A stretch of 61,810 bases of DNA, the filler included, from Globobulimina sp. (Eukaryota): the NCBI GenBank assembly GCA_003354225.1. It is 12 parts of 12 records of this genome, joined end to end, with 100 filler letters (N's around TTAATTAATTAA, not from the genome) between each part and the next. Parts side by side here need not be neighbours in the genome. Positions count along the whole stretch, not along the records: positions 30,977 to 36,034 come from PIVH01000753.1; positions 36,135 to 41,192 come from PIVH01000754.1; positions 41,293 to 46,350 come from PIVH01000755.1; positions 46,451 to 51,505 come from PIVH01000756.1; 8 more parts are not named here. One strand, given 5' to 3'. This document shows, one piece after another, positions 35,786-47,470 of this stretch (the stretch's first letter is position 1; every line of letters starts with the position of its first letter). The notes beneath the pieces were generated by a model. The model made no database searches and was not told where the DNA came from. It worked only from the letters and a program-made list of their open reading frames with translations. Made by a program: the position numbers and the translations under genes.

Positions 35786-35801
35786 ATGAGAAAGAGAAGC
35801 A

Positions 35802-36034
35802 ATGCCGTCACCTATTAAGGCGGCGAGAAAGAGAAAAAAAAGCTGTCAAATATTACGGCGGCGAGAAAGAGAAAAAAAGCCGTCATATATTAAGGCGGCG
35901 AGAATAAGGAAAGCAAAGCCGTCATATATTAAGGCGGCGAGAATAAGGAAAGCAAAGCCGTCATATATTACGGCGGCGAGAAAGGGAAAGAAAAAGCCGT
36001 CATATATTACGGCGGCGAGAAAGGGAAAGAAAAA
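35802..36034. repeat. ~38-bp tandem repeat, six copies up to the contig end
   Basis: AAGCCGTCATATATTA(A/C)GGCGGCGAGAA plus a purine tract; internal GCCGTC/GGCGGC stem. Confidence 0.9.
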
Positions 36035-36136
36035 NNNNNNNNNNNNNNNNNNNNNNNNNNNNNNNNNNNNNNNNNNNNTTAATTAATTAANNNNNNNNNN
36101 NNNNNNNNNNNNNNNNNNNNNNNNNNNNNNNNNNAA

Positions 36137-39100
36137 GATGACAAAGGCGAATACCAACCGATTGAATTCTACAGCAAAAACTTTGTCGGACCAGAATTTA
36201 ATTGGCATATCACCACCAAGGAATTATTTGTCGTAATACGAGCCATTGAGAAATGGAATACCTTCCTACATAGGAAATTTACGATATTTACCGATGCTAA
36301 AAACATTGAATGGTTATTTAAACGTACCAACCAAAATAAATCTAATAATCGCAAACATTATCGATGGACAGTATTATTAAAATCAAAATCATTCGATGTA
36401 GCTCATATTCCTGGCATCACCAATAAAATTGCCGATTATTTAAGTCGTGATATTGAATGGACCAACACGCCACAATTTAATGAATCACACGGAACCAAAG
36501 ATATAATTGAGAAGAAAACTAAATTATTTGATCGTTCACAGTCAGATTTATTTTATCTATCGGCTAAATATCATAATTATGTCCAGAAACATAAGTTACA
36601 TTACTCTCTCTCCCCTCAATCTGAATATATTCGCGTATTGAATGAAAATTCATACCGCTCCCAACAAATAATATGTACCCATGATACGGTCTATACCGCC
36701 TCCGTTACACAACATAAATTATTTACAATGCAAATCAATAATTTATATATTGGTGATTTGATTAATTCCAATATGAATCCTGGAGGAGGAACGCGTGATG
36801 TTATCACACCACGTAATAATGATTCATATCATAATAAAATTTCAAATCGTATCGACACTCATTATCATATACCAACCATTGATAACATATTGAAGAAATA
36901 TAATACCTCGCAATCCGATGAAAAACATCAATCATTTTATCATCAATCACAACAAAATCAGGTAAAATGGAATAAAAAATTTATTTGTGATAAAGGATTA
37001 TTTGGTCTCACGCTTAAACATCATTTATATCCAACGAGATCTGGTAACACATACAATAACAATCAACCACCTCCGAATTCTACAAAATTTGTTCGATTAT
37101 ACAAAGATAAAGACAATAAATGGAGAAAATGCATTTTATTAAAAACTAAACGTGAAATTAGCAAAATAAAAATTGTTAATACTAAAACAATGCATTGGGT
37201 TTTAAACCATAAATTAATTGAATATGATCACAAATTAATGAATCGGAAGGATAAAAATGAAAGCACCACAGCATACAATTCGTATTTGGATATATTATTA
37301 AAAACTATTAATGATAAATTAAACGATGATAATTGCGACATAATTGATGAAAATCAATTCATTGATAATGAGTATCATAAAATTATCCAACAACAAAAAC
37401 AAGATAAAGAATATATATCCTCTGATAATAACTCTATCACCGATCCGGAATCGATTGAAAATAATGCACATAATCATAACCAACAACTACCATACAATGA
37501 TTCCACGGATATTTCTACCAACAATGACGAGGATAACGTAACCAGCGATGACAACGATTTAAACGAAATCGATTATAATATTGATATTGATAAATATTTC
37601 CAAGATCCAAAGTATTATTTCGAATTATTAGAAGATAAATCATTAACTAATCTTGATTGGAATCTTGATAATTTACGACATAATCAACGAATGGATCCGT
37701 TACTAAATATCATAATAAATTATATTACAAATCAAGATATTAGAGAGGAATATAAGATATTACCTGCCCGAACAAAAAATGATTTAACTACAAATAAATA
37801 TTTCCTCGATGATAAATCAATATTAAAATATCGCCATACAAACACCCAAAATATATTAACTGTTCTTCCTGCACAACATAAGAAAGCTGTAATGACTGCA
37901 ATACATGAAAACATTCTACGTGGCAACCATAGCGGCAATAATTACACAGCCACCAATTTAATTAAATATGTATATTGGCCCGGATACATTGAAGATATTA
38001 ATTCATTCATCAAAACATGTCATGCATGTCAAATAAATAAAGCTCGCGCAAATACCAGACATGGATTAATGCAAATTTTCCGTGCAAAGCGACCCAATCA
38101 ATTAATATCTATCGACCATGCAGTTATGCCCGAAACACCTGATGGAAATAATTACATTACGTCCATTATTGACAATTTCTCCGGTTTAGTTTACGCTGTG
38201 GCTGTTCCAGACATTAAAGCCCAAAGAATCGCACGCATTATTCATGATAAATGGATATCAGTACACGGAGTACCTGAGAAATTGCTATCAGACCAAGGAA
38301 AAGAATTAATTGGCCATGTTATGAAACATTTAGCTAAAATGTGCAATATAAAGAAACTACAAACCACGAGCTACAACCCACGAACAAATGGCCAAGTCGA
38401 AAGATGGAATTCCACCATGAAGAAAGGATTACGCGTAATCGCAACTGACCGTAATTTGGATTTTACCGAAGGTCATGGATGGGATCTATTTATTGATATG
38501 ATTGCAGGCCATTATAATAATCAACCATCGCGACGTACGCATTTATCGCCAAACGAAATATTTTATGGTAAAGATATTATATTACCCATTGATTATTTAT
38601 TTGGATTCAATGAGTTTAATATTAATAAACGTAATGAACAATTATATAAAACATACATTAAACTCTGCCAACGAATAAAACAAAATATTGCTCGTGACGC
38701 CTTAACTGATTATGATTATAAACGTAAGAAACATTATGATAATAAACGCACCGATTTCCAATATCAAATAAATGAAACTGTTATTTATTTGTCTAAAATG
38801 ATTAAAATTGGATCTGGTAATAAGATAAATACATTATGGCGTGGTCCATTTCGTATTATTGAGCGATTTAATAATGGCGTTAGTTATAAAATATCTCATT
38901 TATATAAAGACGAAATACGAAATGTTACTGTTGATCGGATTAAACGATATTATTTAAGAGATGATGATGATTATCAACGCATTGAATTTGATAATAATTT
39001 CGATGATTTATATATTGAATTAGAATCCGATGACATTGAAATGGATTCCGATTCGCAGAATGAAGAAAATATTAATGCGATACCGATTAATCCCATCGTT

Positions 39101-39526
39101 GTAAATTCTGATAACGAGGATTTGAAATCTGATCACGACACCAATGACCATGAGATTAATGATGCAAATCACGATAATCTCAACCCAGGAATCTCTTCAA
39201 TCCCTATCCTTGAACCCCTGCCAATTAATCCGCCAATTAATAACGAAACAAATGTACCTCAAAATAATATACAGAATCAATCTGAACTCGCCGCCATTAA
39301 TCAATCGTCGTCGCCGCCGGGTATTAATAAAATGCCGTATATCGATGATGACGGACCACAAATTCCATCGCCACCTAATAATACATCAATTAATGAATCA
39401 AACCGAGGATTGAAACGATCGTATTCCGAAATATTGGAAAACCATAATATTGTTCCAATTCAACCATTATCGAAGCGAATGAAATTATTATATCTTTCAT
39501 TATGTGATTATATCCAATCTCTGTGA
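36137..39526 (+). CDS. pol: Pol polyprotein (RNase H - long insert - HHCC/DDE integrase), 5'-partial
   Basis: Frame is open from 36137: PIEFYSK, TKELF, FTDAK, HIPGITNKIADYLSR. Integrase: IHE...NHSG, YWPG, CHACQ, SIDH, SDQG, NGQVERWN, WRGPF. Confidence 0.93.
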   Translation, partial: DDKGEYQPIEFYSKNFVGPEFNWHITTKELFVVIRAIEKWNTFLHRKFTIFTDAKNIEWLFKRTNQNKSNNRKHYRWTVLLKSKSFDVAHIPGITNKIADYLSRDIEWTNTPQFNESHGTKDIIEKKTKLFDRSQSDLFYLSAKYHNYVQKHKLHYSLSPQSEYIRVLNENSYRSQQIICTHDTVYTASVTQHKLFTMQINNLYIGDLINSNMNPGGGTRDVITPRNNDSYHNKISNRIDTHYHIPTIDNILKKYNTSQSDEKHQSFYHQSQQNQVKWNKKFICDKGLFGLTLKHHLYPTRSGNTYNNNQPPPNSTKFVRLYKDKDNKWRKCILLKTKREISKIKIVNTKTMHWVLNHKLIEYDHKLMNRKDKNESTTAYNSYLDILLKTINDKLNDDNCDIIDENQFIDNEYHKIIQQQKQDKEYISSDNNSITDPESIENNAHNHNQQLPYNDSTDISTNNDEDNVTSDDNDLNEIDYNIDIDKYFQDPKYYFELLEDKSLTNLDWNLDNLRHNQRMDPLLNIIINYITNQDIREEYKILPARTKNDLTTNKYFLDDKSILKYRHTNTQNILTVLPAQHKKAVMTAIHENILRGNHSGNNYTATNLIKYVYWPGYIEDINSFIKTCHACQINKARANTRHGLMQIFRAKRPNQLISIDHAVMPETPDGNNYITSIIDNFSGLVYAVAVPDIKAQRIARIIHDKWISVHGVPEKLLSDQGKELIGHVMKHLAKMCNIKKLQTTSYNPRTNGQVERWNSTMKKGLRVIATDRNLDFTEGHGWDLFIDMIAGHYNNQPSRRTHLSPNEIFYGKDIILPIDYLFGFNEFNINKRNEQLYKTYIKLCQRIKQNIARDALTDYDYKRKKHYDNKRTDFQYQINETVIYLSKMIKIGSGNKINTLWRGPFRIIERFNNGVSYKISHLYKDEIRNVTVDRIKRYYLRDDDDYQRIEFDNNFDDLYIELESDDIEMDSDSQNEENINAIPINPIVVNSDNEDLKSDHDTNDHEINDANHDNLNPGISSIPILEPLPINPPINNETNVPQNNIQNQSELAAINQSSSPPGINKMPYIDDDGPQIPSPPNNTSINESNRGLKRSYSEILENHNIVPIQPLSKRMKLLYLSLCDYIQSL

Positions 39527-40324
39527 AATTAATCTATGTATTATATTATATTTTATTCATTGATTGTTTGAAATTATATCATTTTGATATTAACTCAACA
39601 TCAATGTCTTATAGCCCAGTTTGTTGTTCCCAACGACGACAACGAACGCATTGAACTTAGTAGCTTTAAGTGGGTTTACTTTGTTCCCTTTAAAAGTTTT
39701 ATTTTTTTCTTTTATCAAACAAACAATGAGAAACACTGAAGCAAGGACTTATTTCGAAATGCAACAATAACAAGTATTAATCGCATTGGAAACAAGTATT
39801 AATTCTCATTGTTGTAAAACAACAAAACAAAAACCTAATTATTGGTTCATTATGGTTCAATAAAACCTCATTAATCTCTCATTTTCTCTCATTCTAAATA
39901 TTATTCAAAACAAAACATTATTTATTAGAACAAAATATAGCAAGATAAATATTTGCGTTATGGTGCCCAAACAAAATCAGGTACGCGAATGCTAGGCATT
40001 GCGAGTCCTGATAGCAATAACACACCACGCAACAATATTTTATCTGCTTTTAAAAGAAGAAAGAGAAAATAACCTCGTTCCTTCATCCGCAACAACGCTA
40101 CCATCATAGCCAAATATTCAACAACTCCCAAGTCAACGACGCCATGGTCTCAACTTTAAAGAGGACGGGAAAAAGAATTAAAGTTTGATGAAAATGAACA
40201 AAAACTTCTCTCACTTACTCACTCTCAAAGTAAATTACCAAACATAAAAGAATAAACAATATACAATGACAATCATTCCTTTTAACTTCTTTCTTTTATT
40301 CCTTTGTTTATCTTGGAGGAGGTA

Positions 40325-40419
40325 TGTGGTAATTTATTACTACTCCACCGTTTTTAACTTTTTTACTTTACTTACTCTTTTTACTTTCTAGTTACTTTGA
40401 TAACAGAAACTCTACCACA
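40325..40419 (+). repeat. Candidate 3' LTR (95 bp) preceded by a polypurine tract
   Basis: GGAGGAGG (40315-40322) + TA, then TGTGGTA...TACCACA, a perfect 7-bp terminal inverted repeat. The 5' LTR is not in the contig. Confidence 0.7.
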
Positions 40420-40703
40420 GTTTCGAAAATAGTAATAGATACTGAGTATTAAATTGACAACATAAAAAATGCAATAAAAAAAAATAATATATTGAAACAA
40501 ACACAGAAATATTATCAAATACATATATTTAAAATTAGGGATTGCTGTTTAATGGTAAAAATATATTATTTAAAATAATCAGTTCAATTCATCTATGTTT
40601 CAATGGATAGTTTGGGGGATTGTTCTGCCATTTATGAGGAGGTCGGACTCATCGTTAAGCTTTTTCAGTCTGTCCAGTTCGTAGTAGTTCCCCATTTTTT
40701 ATC

Positions 40704-41192
40704 ATGGCAACCCACAAACAACTTCCATCACAAACAACTTGCATTACACAGTACGAACAACTTTCGTTACAAATTGGCACAGCAGACTTGTTTAACATTG
40801 ATATACTGTCACACTCCGTGCCATTAATGACAAGACTTGTTGCCAAATTGAATGAGCACTACAATGAATTGCTTACAAAATATGCGTTGTTACAAACACA
40901 ACACCAACAATTGCAACAAAATCATGAATTGCTACAATTGTACAACAGCCACATATTGCAACAATGGTATTATGAATCATCGGAATTGGAGAAATTATTG
41001 CGACAAAGCAAACAATTGATGATACCATGCATTCCCTCATCGTTAAACATAAACAATGTGAAAGAGATACAAAGTTCAGATTTATCCATAGAAATACGTA
41101 ATTTGTTTGCGTTAACAAACAAGATTTCAGAATCTGAGCAGCAGCAAAAAGAAACAAATATGAGTGATATACAAAAAATGGTTTCTGATTTA
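40704..41192 (+). CDS. Hypothetical coiled-coil protein, partial
   Basis: Q/L-rich heptads; runs into the linker. Confidence 0.4.
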
Positions 41193-41292
41193 NNNNNNNN
41201 NNNNNNNNNNNNNNNNNNNNNNNNNNNNNNNNNNNNTTAATTAATTAANNNNNNNNNNNNNNNNNNNNNNNNNNNNNNNNNNNNNNNNNNNN

Positions 41293-42256
41293 CTAAATAA
41301 TTTGTTTAATATTATTTCTAAATGTTCCAATGTATGCACTGGGAAAAAGTCAGCAATGCAATGATTGTTATTTACAGATTGTAGTTTGGGAATATATATC
41401 CCAGCACCACCCACTTCGACATCCTGTCATCATATATTTGAAAAACGGTTTGTTTTGTTGCACGAAATAAAAACTACATACACAAATAAAAAAAAACCTG
41501 GGTTACTAAATCATTAATTAATGTTATCCGGTCCCGCGCTGTAAATAAGGAAGGTTTATCATAACAATACATTCCATAAAATTGTTTATAAATTTGTGGT
41601 GCCACATTTATGTCATATTTAACATAAAGATCTTCCCAAAAATCATATTTTACTGCGGATTTAGTGGCATCTTCATAATCCACTGTGGCTGCAGCCAAAC
41701 GCTCATTATTTAAACATAAAAATTTGACTGCAGCATCTGGCTCCAATTGCAAATTATAACCAATTTCATGCGCCCATTTCCTGGCAATTTCTTCCGAAAT
41801 ACCAACATAATAATATTTATATTTTGAGCTTACATTTTCTCTTTTATTTAATGACTTTATTGCCTTACATTTTATATTTAATTTTTTAAGCGCTTTAATT
41901 ACTAATTTCCTTTCATTTTCATTAAAATCATGAATTGTAATATTTGATTCTCCATTCATTGCCCAATCAGCGCCATGATGAGGAAATCTATTTTTACGGT
42001 CTTCGATATCATCTGCATCTAATAAATTTAAATAGTCATATTGTATTGTTTCATATTGAGAATATTTCCATTGTTTAGATATTGATCCTTGCTCAAATAC
42101 TAATATGCAGTCAAACTTAGTTTTGCCACTGGAATGATGTGATGATAATTCAATATTGGAAAACGCAAATGAATCGTCCATATCATCACTTTCTCCATCA
42201 TATACTGACACATCTTCATCAAAATCACTTGAAATCGTGCCTGCTAAATTACCCAT
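41293..42256 (-). CDS. Anoctamin/TMEM16-like protein, N-terminal part
   Basis: MGN start; SLFTARDRITLI then, after a short intron, DVEVGGAGI...DFFPVH, like the segment preceding TM1 of anoctamins. No TM region in the contig. Confidence 0.55.
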
Positions 42257-42296
42257 TGTTATAATATAATTCCTAAAAGCTGTTTTTGCAGTAATT
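42254..42296 (-). promoter_or_regulatory. 43-bp leader shared with the 5'-nucleotidase gene (copy A)
   Basis: 37/43 ungapped identity to 44897-44939; both copies end at the ATG. Confidence 0.6.
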
Positions 42297-42557
42297 GAGT
42301 AGTACTGCCTAGTGGGATAAAAATCAAGATAGTCAAAACACTTTTGATAGCACAATATTGTAATATACCAGCTAGCGATCACCAATTATGTCATACGATT
42401 TGAGAAAACGTTAATATTTTTATATTTATTATACTGTACAAATAATACAAAGTCCTCTTTGCAAGGACAATAGAAAAAAAAATAATAATAAAAAAAAACA
42501 AAAAAGGAGTTATTATTGGTGGGAATTGAGTGAATAGCATATCACCATTATACACTA

Positions 42558-44899
42558 TCACTGACTATCTCTTAACGTTAAGTTTGTTGTGTTAAATGTT
42601 AACGGTAATTGCAAAAAGTTGGGATTAATCGACACTGTCTCCGGCTGAACAGTCTGTGGTTGCTCCATATCATTCAAAATATCAATAAGTGACCGCTGTG
42701 TTGGCAAATGTTTCATATTTGTAAATGATGGCACTTTGGACAAAAAATTCTTGAGTCCCTGAAATTCCATGGATTCCAAATCTATCTTCTCATCGACTCT
42801 CATAATCCTGTGTTCCAAACACGGTGATATTGTCAACTCATCATACAACCCACCAGTCACAGGCTCAGACACTGAGCGTAAAACTAACATTGACTGACTA
42901 CCACGAAGACCGCTGATTGACGGACTCAATCCGAGTCTATCCATCATTGATTGCTTCTTTTTCTGTTTTTCTTTATCATCGCTTAATGCTAATAAGCTGT
43001 TTACAGCGCCAATGGCCCAAAAGAAATTCCTTAGGATTACACTCATCGAAATACCCGCTTCTTTGTCAACTATCATTTCAACCAATTCTCTCTCAATAAA
43101 TTCAAAACCATCACCGCCTCCATAAAGAAACTCACATGTTGCAATTTTATAAATTGCAGCCTCATCAATCAAAGCAAAGCAGTCTTCATCCACCACACTG
43201 TCTTTTTTTTCTTCTTTCAGATACTTTGTCAAAGTCAGCGATTTATCCAATGTTCCAACCCCTGTCTGATACAAGGAATATTTTGAAATCCACACTTTTT
43301 TCACTCTTTGACCAATTTCTGCTTTATCATCGAACACAAATCGAATGCCAGAAACCTGAAGAAATCTGCCATCTGCTTTAGGCAATGCACTTACGGCATG
43401 TTCTAAGATTTTGATTATCGTCAAACCCTTCAATGTTAGCACAAGGATGGGATCTTGAAATGGTACCATCCGCAATATGTCTCTGGTGGTTATGGGACCT
43501 GATGGGATGACACGATTTGCTCTCAAATTACCACCATTTATTATTACTGCATCACAACGATAGCAACGGCGGATAACATCAGCAACAAAGTTACCTTTTT
43601 TGTATACATCAATTGACAAATAAGTTAAGTCAGAAACGATATATATAATATAAACATATACCGGCTGTGCTCTCTTTACATCGTACAACAGATTCTGAGC
43701 AATCCAGTGGGGCTGCAATGTGACCAATAACTTTGCCGAGTTGCTCTTGAAACGAATGGGTCAAATCATGCACTAATTTCTCTGTGGCTGCGTCTGGTTT
43801 TATATTTATATCGATATTATAATGTCTGTTGATAAATTTATATTTTCTTCCATTGAATACACCTTTTTTTTCGTTGAGTGATTCTTTTAGCTCCATTTCA
43901 ATGCCTATTGTGTTTATTTATTCTGACAAACAACACAAAAAAGCATAGATAACCAAACGTTGGGTGATTGGGCATTGGTGAACAGTCGCTTTGTTATCAT
44001 TTATTTGTAATTGTAGCCATGATATATTATGAAAATCAGTGCCCGTTTTGAGAATGAGGGTTTTTGTATTTTCATCCATTCCACAATGATAAAAATGATC
44101 GTGTCCACCTAATATTAGATCAACGCCATTTATTTGTGCTGCCAATAATTTATCATTTGCCAACCTCGAATGTGTCAAAACAACCATTAGATGGATTTTA
44201 GTCTGTTTTTTCAAATTATTGACGGATTTTCTACATTCTTGAATAAAATCTAAAACAGCATATCCATGCTCTGGAGCTATGGGCAATGTACAAGTCCAAT
44301 CTTCAGAAATTGCAACAAATCCAATATTAAAATGCGAATTATATTTATAAACATAAGACTTAATGCATTGTCCTAATGGCTCTAAGTCTAAGTTTACATC
44401 ATCAGCATTTGTTGGGGTCAGCAAATTTGTGTTAAGCACAGGGAATTTTAATTGTGCTATCATCTCTATACAATGCTTATTGCCATAATCCAACTCATGG
44501 TTCCCCAAACAGGCACAGGTTATGCCAATATCATTCATTATAGATATCATATGTTGCCCCTTTGTGGCTGTACTCATATACGATGGCGATAGAAAGTCAC
44601 CACTTTGTATGTTGGCAAAAGTAAAAAGAATGTTGACAAACATACGTTGCTACAAAACAAAACCTGAAAATGATTAATGGCTTTAGCGGAGATAGCGTAT
44701 TAACGAACGACTTGAATCTGGAGGCGCCGCCTTTGATGGATGCTATGTTTCCTTTGCTATCCTTTTCTATGACTGGATCGATATTATATACATCATTAAA
44801 ATGGATGATATTTATTACACTATGTTCAATATTGTTTGCTTGTTTGTTGGTGATGGAACATGCGTTGATTAAACTGTCCAGAAGATTAAGAGCTTGCAT
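42558..44899 (-). CDS. 5'-nucleotidase / calcineurin-like metallophosphoesterase with 5'-NT C-terminal domain, multi-exon
   Basis: HFNDVYNI, GDFLSPS, GNHELDYG, LTH, GGHDH, NGGNLR, GRFLQVSG, GGDGF. Confidence 0.9.
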
Positions 44900-44939
44900 T
44901 GTTATACAGTAATTCCTCAAAGCAGTTTTTGCGGTAATT
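44897..44939 (-). promoter_or_regulatory. 43-bp leader, copy B, within a 55-bp divergent intergenic gap
   Basis: AATTACCGCAAAAACTGCTTTGAGGAATTACTGTATAACAATG on the minus strand. Confidence 0.6.
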
Positions 44940-44954
44940 TCACTACAAGTCAGC

Positions 44955-46350
44955 ATGCCGCCGCCTACGCCACAACATCCACGTGACATCATCCGAAATG
45001 CAATTACAGCACAACAAAACCAACCAGCTTCTCCCGTCAATGGATATCATATTTGTTTTATGATGTTATCCATTATAACCGCGGCTGTAATATTAACTTA
45101 TCAAATCCAAACAATTATGTCTGAGAAAGCTGAAGATACACTGTTTGATAAACATAACAACGGCAAGGTAGCAATACGATATCTAAACAGTATCAATGAT
45201 ATCAAAGGATCTTATTATGATTATATAATAATTGGCGCCGGAACAGCTGGCTGTGTGTTAGCCAGCAAATTATCATATTCACACAATATCTATCCACGGA
45301 TTTTAGTAATTGAAAGCTCAAAATCCATGCATTCACTCACGCAAAATAAAGATAATAAAGTCACAGCATTTAATTACGTTTCTAAAAATGACAAATTACA
45401 AATCGAAAGCATTAATAAACACAATTTTTGGATCAAATCATCATCAAAAACACATGCAAATAATATCTGGTCCATCGGACATCCATTCGACTACAATAAA
45501 TTATGGAATATCACACACTGGCAATACGATGATATTTTACCGTATTTCCACACATCAGAAAAAGTAATAATTGATGAAATTATCGATGAATTTGGTATAC
45601 AAATTACAGATAAAAACGAGTTGAAACTCTTAAAACAAAAACGTCAAAAAACTAAATCCAATGTGATGATTCAAACATTGTTTTCAATGCTACCCATTGG
45701 AGCAAACAATGCTCTTTTTGGTGACAAAAATTTTGATTTTGGCGATTTAGATATTACAAAAAACAGAGGAAATAACGGAAAATTGCTCATAAAACAGGCG
45801 AGAAAATATTCCGTAGTGAATGCCTTCATTGTAAATGCTTTGAATGCGGGCTATAAATACAACATTGATCATAATTCGTTTTTTAATTATAATTCCGATC
45901 AAGAGAATGCACAGATAAATACAGTGAGTTATCAGCAATATAATAAAGATGGGATATTTGAAGCATACATTCATAAACTAAAGAAATCGAAATTTGCAAG
46001 CAATCATAAACAAATGACATTGGATATATTATTTGCCACCAAAGTTACAAAAATATTATTCCATTCTACGCAAACTACCAATGATGGCAAACATATTGCA
46101 ATCGGAGTTGAAGTGGTTAACAATGCAAGCAATCACAAAATATATTTAAGAGATGATATGCTACGCAATAATGAAATTATTTTGAGTGCGGGCACTGTAA
46201 ATTCGCCCCGGTTACTAATGCAATCGGGCTTTGGTGATGCAAAATATTTGCAAGGATTGGATATCGATGCAATTGAACAGAATGCCGCAATCGGACATAA
46301 TTTGCAGGACCAAATTAAATTTTCAGTTTATTTTCGGCAGAATGAGAAAT
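44955..46350 (+). CDS. GMC oxidoreductase (choline dehydrogenase-like) with an N-terminal TM anchor, partial
   Basis: YDYIIIGAGTAGCVLA, EIILSAGTVNSPRLLMQSG.G, IGHNLQD. Confidence 0.85.
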
Positions 46351-46828
46351 NNNNNNNNNNNNNNNNNNNNNNNNNNNNNNNNNNNNNNNNNNNNTTAATT
46401 AATTAANNNNNNNNNNNNNNNNNNNNNNNNNNNNNNNNNNNNNNNNNNNNTATGTGGCTGCAAAACAGTGGATTATGGGAAAGAAAATGTATTTGATTTT
46501 ATAAGTGGTGGTAAACACAAATTATTGGTCAGAAAAATGTGATAAAATATTTTGTATTGATTGTGACAATGCATTCAATACATATACAGAGGATGCTAAA
46601 ATATGTTGAGAGCAAAAATGGAGCGCAAAAATGGTTGAGAGCAAAAATTGACCCATATTGATTTTTTCTTATCTTTTACGCGTATTTTGTTTTGTTTTGT
46701 GTTTACATTTTTGTGTGTTTGTCATTATCAACATAAATGTTTGTTTCACAGCTGACATAATAAGAAATTGACGAGATACGAGCAGGATGAGCCTGCTCAT
46801 TAAGTAAACATTACAACACCAAAGAAGC

Positions 46829-47188
46829 CGGATTGGTGCTATGGAATGATAAGAACTGTTATATTGGCACTCACATTATGCACGGAGTGGTGCTTATCTG
46901 ACATTATGCACGGACTGGTGCCTCATTTACATTTGGCACTGACAGGTGCCTCATTCACATTTGGCACGAACTGGTGCCTCATTCACATTTGGCACGGATT
47001 GGTGCCTCTCTTACATTTGGCACGGGTTGTGCCGAGCCTACATTTGGCACGGATTGGTGCCTAGCTTACATTTGGCACGGATTGGTGCCTAGCTTACATT
47101 TGGCACGGATTGGTGCCTAGCTTACATTTGGCACAGAGCAGTGCTCAAAACTTAGTTCAAAACATCAAGTTCTCAAAGCACCAGTCCG
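46829..47188. repeat. 28-bp tandem array (~10 units, 46880-47144) with a GCAC-N6-GTGC palindrome, bounded by 12-bp inverted repeats
   Basis: Consensus GGCACGGATTGGTGCCTAGCTTACATTT; CGGATTGGTGCT at 46829 and AGCACCAGTCCG at 47177 (one mismatch). Confidence 0.85.
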
Positions 47189-47470
47189 ATCATCATGGTT
47201 CATTTTTTTGGTTTCAACCATACATCAACAGTATGTACCATTACTAACATTGTTAGTGTTTGATAATTGAATGTGCAGAGAAGCGGCGGTGCCGGATGGA
47301 GGTTCGAACAGAGTGCAAGCAATTGGAATTTGACAGCAGCAGTTATCGATACATTATACAATTGTTTTGGACGCAGTGTTGAAGAATCGGACGGGCGAAC
47401 AGCATGGAGTTAAGTTTTTGCATGATATGATGTCATATTCTAAACATCGCAGTTTGTATATACAACAAAA

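Larger units (their letters stand above)
36135..40419 (+). mobile_element. Ty3/Gypsy LTR retrotransposon, 3' half
   Basis: RNase H followed by integrase, then a polypurine tract and a TG...CA-bounded LTR candidate. Confidence 0.88.

Noticed and set aside
35695-36200. tRNA gene just upstream of a Ty3/Gypsy element, suggesting tRNA-targeted integration
   Set aside because: A linker (36035-36134) separates them; they are on different contigs.
46880-47144. CRISPR-like array of 28-bp palindromic repeats
   Set aside because: The units are contiguous with no unique spacers, there are no cas genes, and the context is eukaryotic.
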